A stretch of 54,968 nucleotides of DNA from a candidate division WOR-3 bacterium (lineage in GTDB: Bacteria > Hydrothermota > Tepidihabitantia > SM23-42 > JAOAFX01). The translations under genes and the position numbers were made by a program. Numbering within the stretch: the stretch's first letter is position 1; every line of letters begins with the position of its first letter. Shown here one piece after another: positions 49,900-54,968 of this stretch. A model generated the notes under the pieces. That model was not told where the DNA came from. It made no database searches and worked only from the letters and a program-made list of their open reading frames with translations. The stretch covers positions 1 through 54,968 of the forward strand of contig JBDRWI010000006.1 of NCBI GenBank assembly GCA_039802265.1. The letters run 5' to 3'.

Positions 49900-50202
49900 T
49901 TCCTCCCCTTTGATGGGAGTTTTAATTCCCCCGGATAAAGGTGGGGGTGAAAATTAGGCTGGCGGCCAGGGATAAAATAATAATAGGGCGATTAAGAATG
50001 AAGATGACTGAGGCTGAGAAAAAAATATGGAATAGGGTGCGAGATAAACAATTAGGAGTAAAATTTAGGAAACAGCAGCTGAGAGGAGATTAGGTGGTTG
50101 ATTTTGTCTGTTTTGAAAAGAAAATTAGTTATTGGGATTGATGGTGGTGAACATTTTGAATTATCACCCTCCCCTTTATCCCCTTCCCTCAAGGGCGGGG
50201 AA
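49900..50202. repeat. REP-like inverted-repeat pair enclosing a DUF559 pseudogene
   Basis: Left arm TTCCTCCCCTTTGATGGGAG...GGATAAAGGTGGGGGTGA; right arm TCACCCTCCCCTTTATCCCCTTCCCTCAAGGGCGGGGAA. Confidence 0.8.
49947..50160 (+). pseudogene. DUF559 (Vsr-like PD-(D/E)xK endonuclease) pseudogene, absent from the ORF track
   Basis: RLRMKMTEAEKKIWNRVRDKQLGVKFRKQQLRGD*VVDFVCFEKK, then a 1-nt frameshift, then LVIGIDGGEHFE; TAG at 50091; 3' end truncated. Confidence 0.88.
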
Positions 50203-50261
50203 TAAAACGATGGAGGTAATTAAAAGAATGAGCGCCTCGCAAATGACGGAAAATGCGGTGT

Positions 50262-51500
50262 TTCGGAAATTGAGTAATTTTTAGTTTATCTCCCCTTTGG
50301 GGAATTGGTCTTTGACAACTTAATTTGATTACATCGCCCGCTTCCTGCCGAACTCAAACGAAAACATACTTAAATGGCTACATATACCCTCATTCTATAA
50401 ATACCACTTCTCGTTAAAGTAAATGCTCCATTAAAAAGCTCAAATGCCCCTACTCATCTTAATATCAAAACCTGATAAAGATGATAATCCCTTAAGCCGC
50501 CGAATACGGACTCAAGCGGACTTCCTCAATCGCCGCAAATCTCTTACCACCTTCACCTGGGCAATCCGCCGACCGACCTCACCAAGACAACACAAAAGCA
50601 CAAACAAACGAACCTTCACCAAACGCCGAAAATAAAAATTCTTCATCCCCCGATTGTTCTTCAAAATGCCATTCTCCGCCTCAATCCGCGCACGCTTTTT
50701 AGCATACTCCTCCTTCCACGATTTCCTGCTACTCACCACAATCCCCTGCAACCGATAATTGCTATCATCACCAATATAAAAACTACGACCATATTTACCA
50801 CGATTACACAATGGGGCAAAAAGACAATCACCACCACTAACCGCAATCGGACAACGATACTTCACACGCCTACGCCTCCTCTCCTCTCCCCAATAAACCA
50901 ATCTCCGACCACTTAAACAACACAAATATCCTTCTTTATCAAGATAGAGATTCTGATTAAGAGAAGGATTCTCTTTGCCGCGGGTATTAATAGCGATATA
51001 TGGCTTTGCCTCTAAATCTTTTAAGACCTTCTCAAAATTTTCATTAGCATCAAAGCCCGCATCACCAAAGACTTTCGTCACCTTAATTGTGGGATGATGC
51101 GCTTGAAGTTGGTCAATTACCTTATGGAATTGAGGCGATTCACTCTGGTTGCCCGGGACGACTGCTACCGCAATCGGGAAGATCGGTTCTTTAACACTGA
51201 CCAGAAGAATCACCTTATAGCCGAAGAATGAGAAGGTCTGGCGTTTGAATCCCCATTGGGCTTCTGGGTCGTGGGGTTGGGCGCAGAGGTGTGTGCCATC
51301 TATGGCGATTTCAATCTGTTTAATTCGGGCAAGGGTGAAGAGTTGTGCCACAAGATTATGGAAGATTTTAAGGATTCGTTCATCCGGGATTAGTTTTTGA
51401 TTGATGAAATCGGAGATGGTTTTGACATTTGTCTCCTTTGTGTAGTATTATACATAAAATGACGGAAAATGCGGTGTTTTGGAATTTCCGAACACCCACT
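50262..51500 (-). mobile_element. Insertion sequence copy 1 (DDE, IS5/IS1182-like), internally deleted
   Basis: Terminal IR AGTGGGTGTTCGGAAATT (reverse complement of 51483-51500); 50262-50667 is near-identical to 54563-54968. Confidence 0.85.
50512..51428 (-). pseudogene. DDE transposase lacking its N-terminal domain
   Basis: IDGT; DPEAQWG; FFGYK; PGN..E; GDAGFD; R.RIE..NG.LK. The SD-led ATG at 51428 is out of frame with the body (77 nt from GTG 51351). Confidence 0.8.
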
Positions 51501-51772
51501 AGAACTGAAAGGGGGTGATAAATATGACTTAGAAACTTGATTGAAAAAGGAATTGGAGATTATAGAACAAGTGAAACTGTGGAATAATCCAGCAGTATGT
51601 AGATGAAGTGCAGGTCCTGTCTCTCTTGAGTACTAAAATAGTTAAGAGCAAATAAAAACACTGCTGGAGACAGATCGTATCAACAAAATATCTATGTGAA
51701 TTGCTTTCCGCGTAAATTTGTGTTATTATCGCGGAAATCAGCATGGAGCCGAAGGCTCCAAAGGAGGAAAAA

Positions 51773-53539
51773 ATGAAGAAACTATGGGCTTTATCAATGA
51801 TAACCTGCATCCTTGTCTTATCCTTGGCTGCAGAAACTCTTAATGCGAAAAAAGTAGAAAATCCAGGCTTTGTAAGACGACAGAATGAACCACACTACCT
51901 AAATCAAACAGAACTTATCCAGCGATTAACTCAGGCACGCAAAAATAACGATTTGGCGGAAGTCCAAAAAATCCAAAAAATGATTCAAGAAATGACAAAT
52001 CCAAAAAGTCTTAAAATTCAATCGGTTCCTTCAAAACCACCCGCTCATTTTCGCATCATACCCAGTAACAAACCAGATAACAAATCATCAATCCGCTGGG
52101 GCGGTGATATGGGTATTGGCGCAATGATCAGTCACGAGCGGGCGGGACATTTGACTTCTACTTATGATGGTGCGTATTTGTATGCCGCATACGAACTTTG
52201 GAATGGCAATACCAATCCTGATATGATCAGAGTGCGCTACTCCCAAAGTAGTTATCTTGATGATTGGTATAATGTAACAGTGGATATTGATGAAGCAGTT
52301 AATCTTCAATTACCTGCCATCTGTGCGACAACCGATAATGCTTATGTAGCATTTAACTATGAATTTAACACTTCAGATCATGATATTTATGGGGCGGCTA
52401 TTCCCTTGGGTGGTTCAAGTGCAACTACTTTCGTAATTGAAGCGACCGGTAACAATGTTTGGCGTCCTTACATTACTTCTGATGTTGCGGATTTCGGCAG
52501 CGGTTATTATTTATATGTTGTCGCCTCTGACATTACTAATGGCCAATTGATGTTTTATGTCTCCTACAATTATGGTACAACTTGGTATTCATCAGCCATT
52601 GGTACTATTTCTACGAGCGGACCCGAATTCGCCAGCATATCGTATGCACCAGGAGCTTACCGTCTTGATGTCTGTTATGTTGGAACAGATGGAAACATAT
52701 GGTATACATCAAGCCCGGATTATGGTTCCTCTTGGTCAACACCTATTCCAATAAGTGGTGGTTCTAACTTAGATAACTTCCCTGAGGTGGCGTCAAAAGG
52801 TAATTTAGTTATGGTAGTATACGAATACCTTTACGGTGGCTCAGATTGGGACATTAGATATTCTTATAGCATTGATGGTGGCATATCTTGGTCAACTGAT
52901 AATTGGCTTGCTGGCTCACTAAATTGGGAGAGATTTCCGTCAGTTTCAATAGATATCGGCTATGGAGATGCAATTTATGCAAGTTATGTTAATACTGACG
53001 AAGGGAATATGTATGTCTTTCGTGCCACACTATCAAACCCCACCGGTTGGAATGCTTATCCAGGCGTCGTAAATGATGGAGCAAGCCCGGTCAGTTACGA
53101 TGACCGTACTTTAGTTGCAGCAAGTTATGATGAAATACCGGTTCCTAATTATGGTGTTTGCGCAGCATGGATATATCAATATTCATCTACCGACTGGGAC
53201 TTTTATTGCGATGCTGATTGGATTGGAATTGAGGAGCAAACCACATCTCTGGTAGCGAAGCCGTCAGACGTAGTTCTGAAAAATTCTCCTAATCCATTTA
53301 CAGGTGAGACAAAAATACAATTTGTACTTCCTCAGGCAGAAAAAGTCTCGCTCAAAGTATATGACACACAAGGGAAATTGGTTAAAACCATAGTTGACGG
53401 ACATAAAGAAACAGGTATTCACATTTATAATTGGGATGGTAAAGATGACATGGGGAATATTGTGCCCAGGGGTCTTTATTTCTGTGTGCTCCAAACAAGT
53501 GCGGAAGTGAAAGAAGCAAAAATGGTATTAACCAAATGA
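51773..53539 (+). CDS. Secreted BNR/sialidase-like propeller protein with FlgD-Ig CTD
   Basis: SD AAGGAGG; signal peptide; Asp-boxes SYNYGTTW, SPDYGSSW, SIDGGISW; CTD 'SPNPF...VYDTQGKLV...WDGKD..G..V..GLYF'. Confidence 0.85.
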   Translation: MKKLWALSMITCILVLSLAAETLNAKKVENPGFVRRQNEPHYLNQTELIQRLTQARKNNDLAEVQKIQKMIQEMTNPKSLKIQSVPSKPPAHFRIIPSNKPDNKSSIRWGGDMGIGAMISHERAGHLTSTYDGAYLYAAYELWNGNTNPDMIRVRYSQSSYLDDWYNVTVDIDEAVNLQLPAICATTDNAYVAFNYEFNTSDHDIYGAAIPLGGSSATTFVIEATGNNVWRPYITSDVADFGSGYYLYVVASDITNGQLMFYVSYNYGTTWYSSAIGTISTSGPEFASISYAPGAYRLDVCYVGTDGNIWYTSSPDYGSSWSTPIPISGGSNLDNFPEVASKGNLVMVVYEYLYGGSDWDIRYSYSIDGGISWSTDNWLAGSLNWERFPSVSIDIGYGDAIYASYVNTDEGNMYVFRATLSNPTGWNAYPGVVNDGASPVSYDDRTLVAASYDEIPVPNYGVCAAWIYQYSSTDWDFYCDADWIGIEEQTTSLVAKPSDVVLKNSPNPFTGETKIQFVLPQAEKVSLKVYDTQGKLVKTIVDGHKETGIHIYNWDGKDDMGNIVPRGLYFCVLQTSAEVKEAKMVLTK

Positions 53540-53549
53540 AATAAACCAG

Positions 53550-53582
53550 GGATTGAGGTAGGTTAAATACCTACCTCAATCC
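53550..53582 (+). terminator. 14-bp perfect hairpin after the stop codon
   Basis: GGATTGAGGTAGGT-TAAAT-ACCTACCTCAATCC; no U tract. Confidence 0.6.
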
Positions 53583-53593
53583 TCAGGAAATTT

Positions 53594-54042
53594 ATAGTAA
53601 CTACCAAGATTGCAACAATTAGATTATTATACTTTTTTAGCCTTCCGTTAATATGTTTTAAGTTCTTAATTTCGCAACCACGAACAATTGATTTTGCCGG
53701 TCGGCAGTGGTTTGTGAAATCTGGGTATGATGGGTCCGGCTCGAGTTATTGGTCGGATAGTGAACAAAATGTCTGGTTGGCTCTCAATGGCTGGCTACAG
53801 TTGTCTCACGCACAGTAATAAAATACTCCATCGCAAAACCTTGCAAGGTAGAACTGAAATTATACGATGTCGCTGGCAGAAAGGTTGCTACACTGGTCAA
53901 CGAGAATCAAAAACCAGGTTATTATCAGGTAAATTGGAATATTCGCAATGTCTCGGAAAAGCAACTACCCAATGGAGTCTATTTCTATCGACTGACGGCG
54001 GGGGAGTATACGAACACCAAGAAACTTGTGATTGTGAGATGA
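53594..54042 (+). pseudogene. Deletion pseudogene: signal peptide plus GH16-like N-terminus joined out of frame to an intact CTD
   Basis: Frame 2: ...SQPRTIDFAGRQWFVKSGYDGSGSSYWSDSEQNVWLALNGWLQL. Frame 1 (53803-54042): ...KLYDVAGRKVATLVNENQKPGYYQVNWN...LPNGVYFYRLTAGEYTNTKKLVIVR*. ATA sits at the presumed start. Confidence 0.78.
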
Positions 54043-54082
54043 AAAGAGCAGAGACAAGATGCAAGAAATAGGAAACAAGAAA

Positions 54083-54102
54083 GGGCGGGCTTGGTCCCGC
54101 CC
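54083..54102. terminator. GC-rich hairpin between convergent genes
   Basis: GGGCGGG-CTTGGT-CCCGCCC; T-rich tail on the minus strand. Confidence 0.55.
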
Positions 54103-54177
54103 GATAATAGAAAAGGTCTTAATCTATTCTGTGGAGCAGGATATTTAACGATTTATTTATAAATGGATAGCCCTTAA

Positions 54178-54504
54178 TCAGCGGCTTGTGCGAATCAATT
54201 CTCTGGTCTTTTCACCATCAGCCGCAATAAGGCTGCAAATATAACTAATCAATTCTCTCGTTTCCCGCCTTCCTTCTTCAATCATTTCTTTTGTTTCACG
54301 CCTTCCTTCCTGAATCATCCTTTCTACCCGCTCAGCATCTTTATCAAGGGAGTCATGCATTTCTTTAATCAATTCTTTTGCCCGTGCATCCTCTTTCTCA
54401 ATTAATCGGTCAGTCCTTTTGCTTAAACTAATTGCAAAGATTATTCCTAACGCTGCAATAACAACACTCAAAAATCCCAATATTATTCCAAATATCATTT
54501 CCAT
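54178..54504 (-). CDS. Small N-terminally anchored coiled-coil protein
   Basis: TM; tandem MIQEGRRETKE/MIEEGRRETRE; promoter TTGACT-N16-TAAAAT (54537-54510) 5 nt before the ATG. Confidence 0.7.
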   Translation of the reverse strand: MEMIFGIILGFLSVVIAALGIIFAISLSKRTDRLIEKEDARAKELIKEMHDSLDKDAERVERMIQEGRRETKEMIEEGRRETRELISYICSLIAADGEKTRELIRTSR

Positions 54505-54554
54505 ATCCTATTTTATCCAGAATTCATTAAAAGTCAAATGTTTTGTTAAAGCAA

Positions 54555-54968
54555 AGTGGGGGTTCGGGAATTGAGTAATTTTTAGTTTATCTCCCCTTTG
54601 GGGAATTGGTCTTTGACAACTTAATTTGATTACATCGCCCGCTTCCTGCCGAACTCAAACGAAAAAGTACTTAAATGGCTACATATACCCTCATTCTATA
54701 AATACCACTTCTCGTTAAAGTAAATGCTCCATTAAAAAGCCCAAATGCCCCTACTCATCTTAATATCAAAACCTGATAAAGATGATAATCCCTTAAGCCG
54801 CCGAATACGGACTCAAGCGGACTTCCTCAATCGCCGCAAATCTCTTGCCACCTTCACCTGGGCAATCCGCCGACCGACCTCACCAAGACAACACAAAAGC
54901 ACAAACAAACGAACCTTCACCAAACGCCGAAAATAAAAATTCTTCATCCCCCGATTGTTCTTCAAAAT
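54555..54968 (-). mobile_element. Insertion sequence copy 2 (right end and transposase 3' end; runs off the window)
   Basis: IR AGTGGGGGTTCGGGAATT at 54555-54572; about 400 bp matching copy 1 with a handful of substitutions (offset 4301). Confidence 0.9.

Noticed and set aside
41250..50093. Genome-wide TAG reassignment suggested by two in-frame TAGs
   Set aside because: TAG terminates conserved genes at the expected positions, and the DUF559 copy also has a frameshift and truncation.
50444..50635. Duplicated 63-aa ORF (also at 54745-54936) as a conserved small protein
   Set aside because: Antisense shadow of the transposase 3' end; the duplication is explained by the IS copies.
51510..51645. 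Possible IS3 orfA remnant (SD, ATG, 'KELEIIEQVK...AVCR')
   Set aside because: Multiple stops and too little similarity to support without a search.
53727..54071. 114-aa ORF
   Set aside because: Off-frame shadow of the GH16-CTD pseudogene.
1..54968. CRISPR array, cas genes, DGR or retron
   Set aside because: No regularly spaced repeats, cas genes or reverse transcriptase gene seen.

Overview
A 55-kb, roughly 40% GC bacterial chromosome segment. The many secreted proteins ending in T9SS/FlgD-Ig-like C-terminal domains (CTDs) suggest an FCB-group organism such as WOR-3; this is inference only. Bases 1-46.6 kb are mostly housekeeping and envelope genes: PBP1A, MalK-like ATPase, accD, asd, tRNA-Pro, ridA, rnc, speB, RnfB-like polyferredoxin, SbcCD-like pair, purM, ECF sigma/anti-sigma, galE, DUF58/BatA, secreted M1/S8/M14 peptidases, UbiA-family fusion, radical SAM, methyltransferases, ogt and a GldA/GldF-G/DUF4340 ABC system. 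Bases 46.6-55 kb are an accessory, decaying region. It holds an ORF-less group II intron-like element whose 3' module is bracketed by a 22-bp direct repeat, a DUF559 pseudogene inside palindromic inverted repeats (an empty version lies at 38.4 kb), two copies of a DDE insertion sequence flanking secreted-protein cargo, and a GH16-CTD deletion pseudogene. The main non-coding signals are: (i) 17 of 18 recognisable sigma70-type promoters have a 16-bp spacer, several driving apparently leaderless genes; (ii) a shared long-hairpin motif just upstream of two secretion-related operons; (iii) the intron architecture.
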